A stretch of 63,318 nucleotides of DNA, filler included, from Choristocarpus tenellus KU-1152 (taxonomy: Eukaryota; Protista; Phaeophyceae): assembly GCA_964200185.2 (NCBI GenBank). It is 10 parts of 10 records of this genome, joined end to end, with 100 filler letters (N's around TTAATTAATTAA, not from the genome) between each part and the next. Parts side by side here need not be neighbours in the genome. Positions count along the whole stretch, not along the records: positions 1 to 7,675 come from CAXNAD020005774.1; positions 7,776 to 15,506 come from CAXNAD020005667.1; 8 more parts are not named here. The stretch is one strand, 5' to 3'. Numbering within the stretch: the stretch's first letter is position 1; the number at the start of each line of letters is the position of its first letter. This document shows, piece by piece, positions 1 through 12,160 of this stretch. The notes under the pieces were generated by a model, which saw nothing but the letters and a program-made list of their open reading frames with translations, was not told where the DNA came from and ran no database searches. The translations under genes and the position numbers were made by a program.

Positions 1-92
1 GTCGACACCCCCCCCCCCCCCCAGATACTTTGGGTCGTAACCGCAGCAGTGCCCATTAGTGGAAAAGGTAAGCAAGGCTCTGGAGTTAATAT

Positions 93-407
93 ATGAGGGA
101 AAGAACCAAGTCAGAGCAGGAGGAGTATCCCTCTGGTCATAGTCTGGGGAATAGGCATAGTAACCTGGAAGAATTTAACTGGTTTGAGCCCCTGCAACGT
201 CCTGCTTCTTTCCACCAAAATTTGTTTTCAATGGTGTTACTCCATGTACTGTCCTGTGCTATACCGACAGAAATGCTACACCAAGATCAAGGAGGAAACT
301 TCAAGGCCATCCAACAGAATATTCAAAATAAAAGATTGAGCAAGGGGTGGAGTGCTGAGCTCAATTGGCACATAAATACAATTAGCGTAAGAAGTAGGGT
401 AGTCTGA
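93..407 (+). mobile_element. Possible Plavaka-like transposase relic
   Basis: AIPTEMLHQDQGGNFK resembles the recalled D/E-x-LHQ-xxx-G-x-FK Plavaka motif. There is no other support. Confidence 0.3.
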
Positions 408-3057
408 AGTACCTCTGACCAAGGATCGAATTAATCCCTGACTATTGTGCGGCAAAAATACGAACAAATATATTTGTGTGTGTATGTTGGGGTGCCACTT
501 ACGTATCTACTCCATCCAACCAACAATGACACTCACACATTATATTCAAAGCTTTCCCATGATAGTTAATTCACAATTCAGACCACTCCCCTATATTTTT
601 GTGTTGAAATGATCAATGATGACGTCCAAAGCCAACATTCCCCCCTTCGCCTCCTACAGTATATTCTTTCCTCGTTGTGCAAGTCTATCGAATGTTAACA
701 TGTCTGCTTCTTGGTCACACCTTCTTTCCTCCCTTGACTTACTTTTAATTTGGTAGTATCGTTCAGTAAACTTACAAGGAAGTCATTGTGTTCTCATACT
801 GGTAGCTATACATCCTTATCGAGTACCAGCGTGCGAATGTCTACTTCACCTGTCCAACAAATCCTCATGGAATTGCATCCAGTTGGATATTTTGTTTATC
901 CATATTTTAAATATTTGTGGAGAACATCAAGAAATAGGACACAGGCGAGATGCCAAAAACAGTGACCAATGTAACGGACAAGTTCAAGGCAAACGACACA
1001 TGTCTCACTGGCGTATTGCAAAAATATGCAGGCAGTATGGGATCTTAGAGTAATCGAAATGCTCAACAAAAATGGTGAGACGTTGCTGCATCCTACTGCA
1101 ATATGGAAGAAATTGTACTGCTAACAACATTGTGTGAAAAATGAGGGGGGAAAAACATTGACAACGAATTCTCTCTCAATAGTAGCTACCCTGAGGAAGA
1201 AAAAAAAGTTCAACTTTACCTCGACTCTCTGATTAACGAGGTCCAAAATTATCAGGATCGATAAAAAACACTCCATTTACATTTTGAAGAAAATACAGGA
1301 AAGACGTACTTCAACTGACCATCGTACAGTGTACAGACATACATATATGGTATACAATACAGTTAACACTTTCTTTGTTTACACTCTATGAAATTTAAAC
1401 ATTCAAATATCCAGAGTCAAGGTAGTTCTACATGCTGTTAATCAATCTGTTGTCAAACAACTATGTGCTCTTCAACCAACACCTTCGTAGAAAGGTCGGG
1501 GAAATGATACTTCATTAGAGGTGCACATGAAGCTGCCTGAAGTCTGTCTCTAGGACACTCTGTACCTGGTACTCCTCTTCTGTAACACGGATTGCCCCCA
1601 TTCGTTCTAGGATGGAGTTCCATCCTAGGCCAGGATAACAACAGTAGTCTCACCCAAAATGCCTTTAGGAAGGGGCCCAAAGTCCGTATCCAAAACGCCT
1701 ATGTTCATCTGGTGTCTAGAATGATCTGGGAGGCCAAAACGTCCTGAAAGGTCTGGCATTGCTATCTGGTGAAACTTGCCATGGTTTATGTGCAATGTCA
1801 AAGAGGGAGTAACAATTTGGAACGGCACGTGTTCTGACTAGTGATCAAAATGTGTGCCATTCTGTACAACATTTTTGACGTATGGCTTGCACTCATCAGG
1901 ATTGGTTTTGGTCAAGTCATTGAGAATACGGTCATCTGTGTCCACAACAGACTGAAGTCTTTGGCTGGACGCCTTACTCTCAGTTTTGACCTCCACCCCT
2001 AGTACCTTGCTCTGCCAGCACCTTTCACTCCCAAACGGTCTACACTCCCCAGGAAGATTTGCCGCAGAAACGTGTACACCCATGCCTACAGGGTACTCAC
2101 CAGGAGTTGTCACTTCCACGCTGTTCAGATGAACAGTAAGAACGCCATCAGTCATGGATGGTACCTTACCAGAAGAGCATGAGAATTCCATGCTGTCGGT
2201 GCCCTTACCCATGATTTCAATGGTGTGAATGTTAACCTCCAAGTCAGGGGTGCAAATGCCTACTCCTGTGATGTATGTGATAATTGGAAGACCTGGTACT
2301 GGAGCAGTCGCTAGCTTGTTAATTGTAACCTCTCCATCAGAAACCAGGTTGTACCAACCACCACTCTCACCAGTAAAATCGAAGTGCAGACCTGAAAATC
2401 CAGTCAGATGAGAATCACCCACAACACCTGTTTCAATTTGTATGTTCAATAGTAGCCAGTAAGAATAACATATTGTATTGAAATTAGAAGCTGACATGGG
2501 ATTGTGTCAGGTTAAGAAGAATCTTTACAGAGGCAATTTTGCAAGGGTTGCAAAGATAACATGGACTTTACCTTGACAGAAGATTAACAAAATATGTTAA
2601 AGTGAACTCTTCCCACAGAAGTACTCTGGAATATGATAGTGTAAATATTTTCTTGCCAATACTTCACAGTCAGTGATGATACAATAAGGGCAGTTGGTTT
2701 GAATCTTCTCATACATCTCTCTGGTACCGTATCTATAGGCAAGAGAACTTGGGCACACACTTTCAACAAGTATCGCAATACACTTCTCAGAGTTTTTTTT
2801 TACAACATTTGAGACTAGTGTGCTGTATATAAAATCAACTCAACAGATACAACTAATATCAAAATAATCCAGATACACATATTCACAGGTTGCTCTGTAC
2901 ATTACTACATGTCTTACCGGTCTGGCAAATCACTGCAAACTCCTTCATGACAGTTCACCGTTGAGTCAGATGCAGGACCAAGCTCAGGACAAGATCTGAA
3001 GTTGGCGATAATTCTCTGCAGTGTTTTGACCGTCGCAGAGAAGACAAGAAAGATTAG

Positions 3058-3252
3058 TTAGATTTTAAAATAGACATCAACCTGGCATGGAGGTTTTTTG
3101 CACTCAGATTTTACTTTTACTCCAAGTGCTTTTTCAATATCTTGAAGGTCAATGTCTTGTGCATTTATATTGAAAGTAAAAGAGTTTATAAAGCTTGCTA
3201 TAAAAATTGAAGCAATGATTTTATTAAAGTTTTTCAGAATGTTTTTTTTCAT
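3058..3252 (-). other. AT-rich ORF with a bacterial-style Sec signal peptide, inside intron 3016-3413
   Basis: MKKNILKNFNKIIASIFIASFINSFTFNINA|QD: basic n-region, hydrophobic core and an I-N-A cleavage site. The ORF ends beside the intron branch point. Confidence 0.5.
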
Positions 3253-4169
3253 GAATAATAAATTTATAATAATATTGGGTCTTCATTTTAATTAGCAGAG
3301 TCGCAATACTTCCTATCCACTAAGCTAACTTCAGCTCAAATGACTATAACTTATAACTTATGCCAGTTTTTAACAAATTGGTGTATAAGCGTCAAATAAA
3401 TGCTAGTGCTTACCATGGAATCACGGATTTGCTGTGCGTTGTTTGCTGTTGAGCTTCCCAACACTCTGCCATCAACCCAGCTGACATTTGGATTTGAGAA
3501 GTAGTTTATTCTCATTGCACCAGATCCACATCCACTGGTGTAGGACATAACTGTACGAATACTTCGCGGATAAGATCAATGAAAAGAAGAAGTGAGAAGA
3601 TCAATACAAATGTTGAGAAGTACAGATTATCCAGAAATGTTGCGCCCGATTCACAGACCAACACAAAACATCAGCTCAACGACATTTTAACAGCCTTCGC
3701 TCAGGACAAGATATTCAAGCTTGGCGCATACAGCTCCATATCGCATGTCTCACCACGGACTAAGACGGACCCCAAAATATCGGCTAGATTCCAGAACAGG
3801 GAGCAAGGTAAATGTCAAACCTCATCCATATTTTCGACTTCATCTTTCATAAGAAAGGAAATGCACTGCCTTTTCCTGATGAATGTTCATTTTACTACTC
3901 TACTGACCCAGAATGGATCATATCCTACATTTTTTTCCCCATATATGTACTATGGTAGTATAAAAATACCACGCAGATACTGTTACCACTCTTCTATGGA
4001 GAGTCACGAAATGGTTTGACATCACAAGGAGAGTGCCGAAATTCTCATGGCGTGCATTGTGACTATCTGCCACGTCGAAGTTGAGAAAAAAACCCTTCTG
4101 CATTCCTTGCTGTCAATACTTCAAGCCTGACATATTCTACAAGGTAATTGCAGGATCAAAGTAACTCAC

Positions 4170-4361
4170 TTGTTCGAATCATCGCAGTACCGGAAACCGT
4201 ATGCGTAGGGATGAGTCTGAGTACCCGAATTGTTGAAGTCATGGTAGCACCCCAAGTTGTGTCCGATCTCATGTGTGTGACTCAGGTTATCCAAGCAGTT
4301 GACGTCAACCACGGATAATCCAAAATCGATAGATGCAGAGGTCGCTGGATTCAACACATAT
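4170..4361 (-). CDS. Catalytic zinc-binding exon of the metzincin
   Basis: HExxHxxGxxH motif (HEIGHNLGCYH), bounded by a ttttctag acceptor and a gtgagt donor. Confidence 0.92.
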
Positions 4362-7300
4362 CTAGAAAATAAAGAAGTCACGATTCATGAAAATGATTAG
4401 TCTTGATCGTTGAAGTTAGCAATGAATAAATCTTGTTAAATACAAATTGTACATTACGAAGAACAAAAAGCAGAGGTGTACGATAAAATGTTCAAACAAA
4501 TATTTCTGTGATCAGCATATTTTCAAGCCAACAAATCTGATACCAAGATCTTTGGGATTACCAGGACATCAACCTCATGCAGATACTTCGCATCCCATCA
4601 CTAAGTTGTGCATACGTGACACGAGTGCAATTTTCAAGAAGTGAGAAGTGGTGATATGGAAAGGAAATATTTTACATACGCACCATTTTCCTGAACGTAT
4701 TACAAATAGTAGTTCTGGTAAAAAAAAACATATCTAGTACATTTACTAATATATATGCAAATCTTGAAAGTGTTAAATGCACTAAAGCAAGTAAATTGTG
4801 AGGGATTGGTCCCCAGAAACCTTCAAGAGATCATACACTTACCCTCTACCGCAGGATTCAGGGAGTTGGGTGACAAGCTGCACAAGATCAGATCTGCATT
4901 CCTCTAGCAAACCATGAGCTTCATTAACCAATCCATTTGTCAGATCCCTAAGAATCTGTGATGAGGATTTCGATCCCTCTGTATAGCTTGTCTTTCCAAG
5001 CAGATTGAGTTGAAGCATTATGTATAGCAAAAAGTGTATATATTAGGAGGTCATATACTGGAGTTAGCGATTCATGATTTGCTACAAAATGTTTTTACAT
5101 TGTGGACTTGTTATCAGCCACCCAAACGATTTCTATAACATAGAACTTAACAGATTAACCCAACTCTAACGCTTTATAGGATGGTAATACTTGGAATACG
5201 CTCAGCACAATGTACTACCGATCCAATTGACCTTTTATCAGGAAACTGAAAAAGAAAACGATGCTAACATGCTATCTTTAGGAGATGTACTGATCATCGT
5301 ACTGCAAAAACCATCCATTCAAAAAATCTGCACATTGCCTTAATAGTGTTCCATACCTGTGGATAATGCTGCAAACAGAGCACAAGGCCCAACTTCTTGT
5401 TAGTATCAAATCGTACAGTGCATGGTGTTGCGTTCACCACCTTTTTGCATTAGACTGAAGATACGACAGTACCAAACCAAAGTAAAAAGAGGTACCTAGG
5501 TTTTTGACGTTCTGCATTGTAAGCCAATTTTCATTTCTACCACTTACCCATGTATATGGATGAGATTTCAAGTTTGAATTGAGGGTGTTTATCTCTCTCT
5601 TGTTTCAAAATTTTCGAAAATATTCAGAAAATATCCTGTACACATTTGAAAGCCGAATTTTGCACGTATTTGTCAGCATCCTTAAAATCCAACTCTTAGA
5701 ACCTCTCATTTACTTTGACTCACTCTCCAAAATAGTAGTCTCAGGGAGTATCAATAGTCTTCACGTCTTACTCACCTCTGCTACTCGTACAACATTGATC
5801 TTAAGATCAACTTCAGAATTTGCAAAGGCGGTGTTAGTTCCTCCGTAAGCTGTGGCAAGCTCAGTTTCCAACTGGTCCGTTGTTGAATCATAGTATGCAC
5901 TGCTAGTGTAGAGAAGGATGAGGTCGATCTTCAAGCAGAAGAATGTTTGCCGATGGAAATTTGAGGGTGGTGTAAGTATATCTTGAAGCTCTATTCAAGA
6001 CTTCCACATACAAAATGCACAGTAAATAAGATCAAATTCAAATCGTGATACATACATCTAGAATTTTTTAAAATACTAAATAGCAAATTAGAGGCATCTG
6101 AATGAGAACCTTATGTTATGTTTAAGGTATAAACTATCATATCTATTGCTAACAAGGGGATACCACTGACAGCATTGGGAGATAAACCCGCATCAGGGAA
6201 ATACATTCAAAATATGTACCAAATGCACTCACTATAAACAGCACTGATAAAACTTGCAATTAATAAAGTTGATGTAGACCAGAATTTGCAAACCCTTGCC
6301 TGTGTCCCAGCTTGAAGTCTCCGATTGCTGGGCATAATGTATTGATTCTTGGAATGTCTCCTCAAACCCATTTTGTGAAATTCTTCTTTTTCATCCTTAC
6401 TTGCAGACAAATATTCCTTCAAAAGATGAGTACCGTAAAGGGAGGATTGAAAAACAATGTTGAGAAGCTTACACGGCATTGAAAAATATGATGTATCTTG
6501 AAGAATACTACAAAGAGCTTTTAACTCGGAATGTTTAAGGTCTCTAACGTACAATTTTGGATGTGGATACACCATGTCTGAGTTTCAATGGCCACTTGTG
6601 ATTTGAGCTTGTGACATAATGGGTACATATATTGGATAGTTGCATATTACATCGACAAAATGGTAAGATATGGCGGTATATTATTTTGGAGGTGATGATC
6701 AAGAATATCTGCAACAGTATTGGTTAAATTTTACTTTCCAGCATCCATATCTTGTTGTCACATGTTTCACTGCACATTTTAACTAATATTTTGAGAAGTT
6801 GATAAGAGTGTTGGAACTAATTGCACAGAAATGGCAGTATACTATATTTTTGTTGATTATCAAGAATATCTGCAACAGTATTACCACAGTTTGCTTGACG
6901 AACTTGTTGGGTTCATGAATGAGGGTTAACTTTTACTTCCAGCCTCCGTATCTTGTCACATTTTTCACTGCGCATAAAAAATAAAAAAAATTGACGAGAG
7001 TGTTGTACCTTCAATATTGCAAACGGTTATTCAAAAATATTGATATATGAAGTACCTGACTATATAACCTATGCAGCCGCAGAATCTAGACATGAAATTA
7101 CATTACAAAAAGGTGTATTTCATTGTTTACAGTACGCACTTAGCTACCAGCATGTATCTCCGCATTTGATTCTTTCATCAGTTGTGTATACAAACTACTT
7201 TACAAGATATTATGAGGTGTGAGGTTGACCATTTGTTGCACTCCTCAACACAGGTGAAACCTTGCAATATCAAGTTATGGAAAGAAATGGTGTCATTTTC

Positions 7301-7675
7301 CCGTTTAAGGAATATTTCTGAAAGTGCCCTTAAAAGTATGTGTAGCAGAGTCCTACACAATCCTATTGTCCATGTTGCAATCAATTTTCAGTGCAGAAGG
7401 AACACAATTGCAGTCTTACCTTGAGCAAGCTGATATCTTTATCCTTGTCAGCTAAGTCAGGATTGTTTTTCTCGACCTCTTTTGCCAGTGTTGCTGCTTC
7501 CTCACTAAGTCTACGTATTTCTTGGAAACCTGACTCACGGGAAGGGATTCGAAGGTGGCGTTGTTGAAGATTTCCTCCATGAACAAGCAATGGAGCCTCG
7601 GTATCCTCCACCTCAGCCTCTTTTTGTATCTTGTTGGAAGAGATGTAAAGTGGGTCAAAGTATCTTGGGGGGGGG

Positions 7676-7775
7676 NNNNNNNNNNNNNNNNNNNNNNNNN
7701 NNNNNNNNNNNNNNNNNNNTTAATTAATTAANNNNNNNNNNNNNNNNNNNNNNNNNNNNNNNNNNNNNNNNNNNN
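7676..7775. other. Artificial contig spacer (N44-TTAATTAATTAA-N44). The same spacer occurs at 15507-15606, 27382-27481, 31347-31446, 37500-37599, 44625-44724, 50977-51076, 55350-55449, 58478-58577
   Basis: Nine identical 100-bp blocks, each with a six-frame stop linker between N runs. Confidence 0.98.
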
Positions 7776-7799
7776 CCCCCCCTCCCAGATACTTTGGGT

Positions 7800-8470
7800 C
7801 TGGAACATTAGTTGGGCGTGGTCTTGTGTTAGGATTGTAAGGGTCCCCGAAGGCATGATAAACATCCAACTGTAGTGAGGTAAAGCTGTCCATTGCTTCT
7901 GTTTTTGTTATCCAGTCTGACAACTATCCATTTTAGCGCTTTCCTTGGTACTACAATGCCATTTGCTAAGGGCTGAAAAGAGTACACTGCTACTGCAGGA
8001 TCTGGGTGTTGGAACTCTGATAAAAGGCATCCATGGTGACTGCGGGGATGGTCGGAAGCCTTGACCTTCTCCAAATGACAGTATGCTCTGGTGTTGTCTA
8101 CAAAATGCTGTTCCTACATTAATTTCGTAAGGCAGCCCCACCACTCTCCTAAATGTGACATTTCGCACTTTACCCTCTGGGGGGAAACGCTATTGGGAGT
8201 TTGCATTATCTCAACACCTGCATTGGTGGAATATTGCACCCTCCAGGGTTTGCTGCTTGTAAGGTACCTTTGCATGCTATGTTGAGATGTGGTAAGCCAT
8301 TGCCACCCCCGCAAAGAGCAGTGCTGCGCCAAAAAAAAAATGAGACGTAATTCCCCCCTCCTGCACCTGTGTCAAGGAGTACCTGGACAGACATTCTCAA
8401 GTGGACTTTGCGCGGATGCCATAGCAGGGCATATATCCATACTTGACTAGCTAATGTGCAGGTGACGTGG
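7800..8470 (-). mobile_element. Ty3/Gypsy-type retropepsin (protease) relic, frameshifted
   Basis: VQVLLDTGAGGGNYVS catalytic motif, followed in another frame by VVGLPYEINVGTAFCRQHQSILSF. Confidence 0.65.
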
Positions 8471-8999
8471 CGAATATTGTTGAGTTGGGAATGGGAGTCT
8501 TACTGTCTATAGTTGGAATGACAGGGAGCCCTGGAGCCTCAGACTCCAGGGCACAGCTTCAAGACGACTCTGAAGTGTCCCAATCGGTTGGACTTCTCGC
8601 GAATAGTGGAGGGAGTTCCGAGTCTTGCATTGCTACTAGGTATTGGAGATGTGTATCTGTTAAGGCTATGATCATACGCGAATCTTCAGGGAATCGAAGC
8701 ACAGGCTGGGAAATAGATGTGACGGGTCGAATGGGTTTTGTTGCGTTGCTTTTTTGAATGAACGAGGTTCCGTGTGTCAAGAATATGCTTTTTATTCATG
8801 TGTAAAAGATTATTCTGTAGGCGAAACAATGAGTTATTGAACTATTGTTGGATAACGGGATAATTGATGGTAATGTCTCTATTAGGTAACTGCGAGAATA
8901 TTCAAGCATTACCTACAACATCATGGTTGTGATAAGCTTTCGAGGGACACGATTCAGCGTGCTTCCCGTTCACGATATTTTCTCCTTCAACATGAGCAG

Positions 9000-11290
9000 G
9001 GAACCACGGGGAGCCTGTAAGGACTCTGGTCGCCAGGACTGAGAACCTATGGAAGAGGTCATTGAAGGTCAACCGTGGAGGTGGCCAAGGTACGATTAGT
9101 CACCATACAGACCCTGGTATGACAGGATCCCGTGTAGGCTCTCCCTGGGACTCTATCAGGACTCCTACCCTACGTGTCCAGGGTGTATGGGGACACCTGT
9201 AATCTTCATTTCCCCCTGGATGAGGGAGGGATGAAGATAATGCCATCGAGATCAGGCGCACAACAAGGGGACCCCCTTGGCCCCCTTCTATATGGCATGG
9301 CAACCTCCAAAGCCCTAAAATGGGCCCAGTCTACGTTGGGACTCCAGGGAGTCTCCTCTCGAAGTTATCTGGATGAGACATTCATGATGCAAAGTATCTT
9401 AGAGGGTAGAGCCACGTCCATTTGGGGGCCAAAATCCAATGTTGCGATCTTGATGTAATTTTGACTACCTTATTTGTTTTGAAGTGTCAATATCAATGCT
9501 CCGGACATATCCTGTCATACCATACACACTTTACCTACTCCTAAGCATTTTGGAGTAGGAAAATGTCATAAAAGAACCCTTGGGAAGCCAAGTCCCAAAT
9601 GGACTAACAAAACTCGTACTCTCTGAGATACTTTCACTCTCATTTCTGCAAGGGAGGTCAACCATACCACGATAGCTGCTTTCGAGCAGCTGAAAACTGA
9701 TCTATACAAGGTAAGCATTGCCCTCAACATGGAAAAGACCTTTGCTGCACCTCCCCAGGGCCACCAACCCACGCCCTCGGACCCGGAATCTCTGGTTACA
9801 GTAGGAATCAACTTGGCCACGAACCCAAATGGCTTTGTCACTTTGGGGACTCCAGTGGGAACAGATTGATTCATCCAAGTCCACATGTCTGAGGTGATTT
9901 GAGAGCTCTGGGTCATGAATGCTGACCACACACCTCAGTGAGATGGAGGACAATCAAGTTACCTGGCTCCTCAAGTCCTGGTCCCTCTCCTCCCGTTTAG
10001 GCTACTTGGCAAGGGTCACTCCCCCCCACCTAGCACGCTCCACCATGAAGCAAGCAGACAATACCTCACTGCTGATGCTGGAGAAGATCATGTAGGTAGC
10101 AGACCCAACGGGAGTCACCGACTTCTTTGAAGGTGGGTTTGTGACAATGAGTCTCTCCGCTTGGAGACATACCAACAGGTACAGGCACAGATGACAACAA
10201 GTTCGGGGGGGTTGGGACTATCCTCCACGAAGCATTGCCAGCATGCAGCCTTCATAAGATCACTGGCGGCTACTCTCCCACCCTTTTAGCAAGGCAGCAA
10301 GGGCCTCAAGGAGAGTCTTTCTCACAAGCCAACTGTACGAGCCACATTGTAAGGGCCTTGGGATCACCCATCCACACCCTCCACAGGAGTCCTTTCTGAA
10401 GACTTGGCGGAAATTATTGGCCAAGGCTGGGTAGACTGCAGGGGAACAACCCCTACGCCTGCCTCCGGAGCCAGTGTGGACAAGGGACAGATGCATGGGC
10501 CTCCACACAACTCCTGGAACCAGCATGCCAGATCCCTCCCTTGGAGTTTAGACTCACTGCCAGCAGATCCCTAGGGAGGGAGGAGGCCCTATCGATCAGT
10601 TGTCCAGTGGCTGGGTGCAGGAGGCTAAACGTGGACACCAGACATGCACATACCTGCCCTAGGGCAGGAGGACAGGTACACCAATACACACCAGTGGTGA
10701 AGCGTCTAGGTAAACTCTGCAAGGGAATGGGCATCCCTTGCACTATGGAGGATAGTAGCCCCCTCACGGTGGACCGAAATTCCTGCATGGATCTGGTCTT
10801 CAATGCTGGGGCACTTGCGGACGCCAAATCAGCTTCCTACCGAGTCAAAGACCTCCTCCTAGATGTTACGTTCGCTGAAGTGCAAGCAGCATCCCATCTA
10901 CCATACTCATCCGCCAGCAATGGTGTAGCTGCTTTTGCAGCTGAGGTGCAAAAACGCATCCACTGCAAGGTTTCTTTTTACCCTCGCAATTATTAACTCA
11001 ATACCTTCGTGGTGGAAAGTTTTGGGCGCCTCAGTAAGCAAGCAGAGAGTTTTCTGGATAAGTTGGCTATGTGCACGCGGCAGGGGGGAGAGGGGCAGAG
11101 GCTAAACCAGGAAAGGGACTGTCAAATTCCGTCTACACCATGTAGTATCTGTCGCAACACAAGTAGCTCTATCAACACGTGCCACGTGTTTCAAGCTGGA
11201 GACACCAGGGAGATGAGCAAGGAGGGGCTTGTTAGATTCTTGAGATGTTTCCCCAGCTCCTCACCCTGGGGTGCAGGTCTAAGCTAGGTT
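9000..11290 (+). mobile_element. 5'-truncated, degenerate non-LTR retrotransposon of the RLE type (CRE/SLACS-like): RT, zinc knuckle and restriction-like endonuclease
   Basis: Motifs in order: GAQQGDPLGPLLY, YLDE (YLDD variant), IALNMEKT, GFVTLGTPVGTD, GGLGL, CPVAGC...HAHTC, DLV...LLLDVT...AEVQKR, VESFGRL. It has multiple stops and frameshifts, and the boundaries are approximate. Confidence 0.85.
9386..9639. mobile_element. MITE family A inserted in the LINE RT, with a 4-bp TSD TCAT
   Basis: Ends gatgcaaagtatcttagagggta...tactctctgagatactttcactc, with TCAT at 9382-9385 and 9640-9643. Removing the element and one TSD restores YLDETFISAREVN. Confidence 0.9.
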
Positions 11291-12160
11291 GGAGGCAGAG
11301 GACGGCAGTGGTGTAACATGGTGGTAGCAAAATAGTAAATGGATATAGAAAAATGTCTTTCACATTGACGACACCTGTTACTTTTTCAGGGGTTTTGACA
11401 TTTGAATAGTTTTTCATTGTTTTTTCCCCTGTTACGTCGCAAAATGTCAGAGGGCATAATAATATAAATATCTGCCAACTAATTTACGACTTCTTACATT
11501 TGTAAAAGGTGGAAATTTGTACTGGAACTATGAATAAGCTCTTTTACTTAGTGGGGTCCTAATGATATTGAATTGGCATTTTCCCTCACAAATCTGTAAA
11601 ATGTCAGAGGGCAAAATAATATATAATACGTTTAGTCACCAACCTCTCTCAAGAATGCCCCAATATGAATTTAAAACTCTAATATGAAGAAAACATCCAA
11701 AATAGCATACAAAATAAGAATACATTATTAGGACCTTTTTGTCACTTTCTCTACCTTTTTCTACTTGAAAATACTTGTATTTTCATTTTTTTGGACTCTT
11801 TATAGCGGAGGAAAAATGGATTATGGGAGGGGGGTATGTGGTGTGCCATTCATATTATATCTAAGTCATGCAATATAATGGCATATTATCTCATTCCGTT
11901 AAATGCTGTGTACATGTGAGTTGGGGTAAACATGAAATAAATATGTACTTACATGAGAAACGAATTAGGTATATATAGGAATATTCTGCGAACTTTAAAA
12001 CTAACCTAAAACCTACACCTCTTACGTCCTCTCCATTTTGTTCAGGTTGCAAATAACATCTCTTAAAATTGGTTCATGTAAATTATTCCAACTTGGCGAA
12101 CGAGACCTCCTCGTCCCCACTCCTTTTTCCACGATAGCCAAGGCATAGGTCGAGGAAACG

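Larger units (their letters stand above)
1515..7629 (-). pseudogene. Multi-exon metzincin (M12B/reprolysin-like) zinc metalloprotease with a C-terminal GDPH-type module. The 5' end is off the contig and the 3' part is disrupted
   Basis: Exons: 7629-7420, 6416-6294 (or 6300 with a GC donor), 5928-5776 (IDLILLYT...TNTAFANSEVDLKINVV), 4991-4843 (RSDLVQLV...SCGRG), 4361-4170 (HEIGHNLGCYHD), 3561-3414 (RTVMSY Met-turn, YFSNP), 3015-2918, 2427-1515 (GVVGDSHLTGFSGLHFDFTGESGGWYNLVSD). Phases agree down to 2918. After that there is a phase mismatch, in-frame TAG at 1838-1840 and 1625-1627, and a frameshift near 1610. Confidence 0.85.

Noticed and set aside
6670-7010. Diverged tandem duplication of about 160 bp in an intron
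   Set aside because: Real but ordinary intronic duplication with no further structure.
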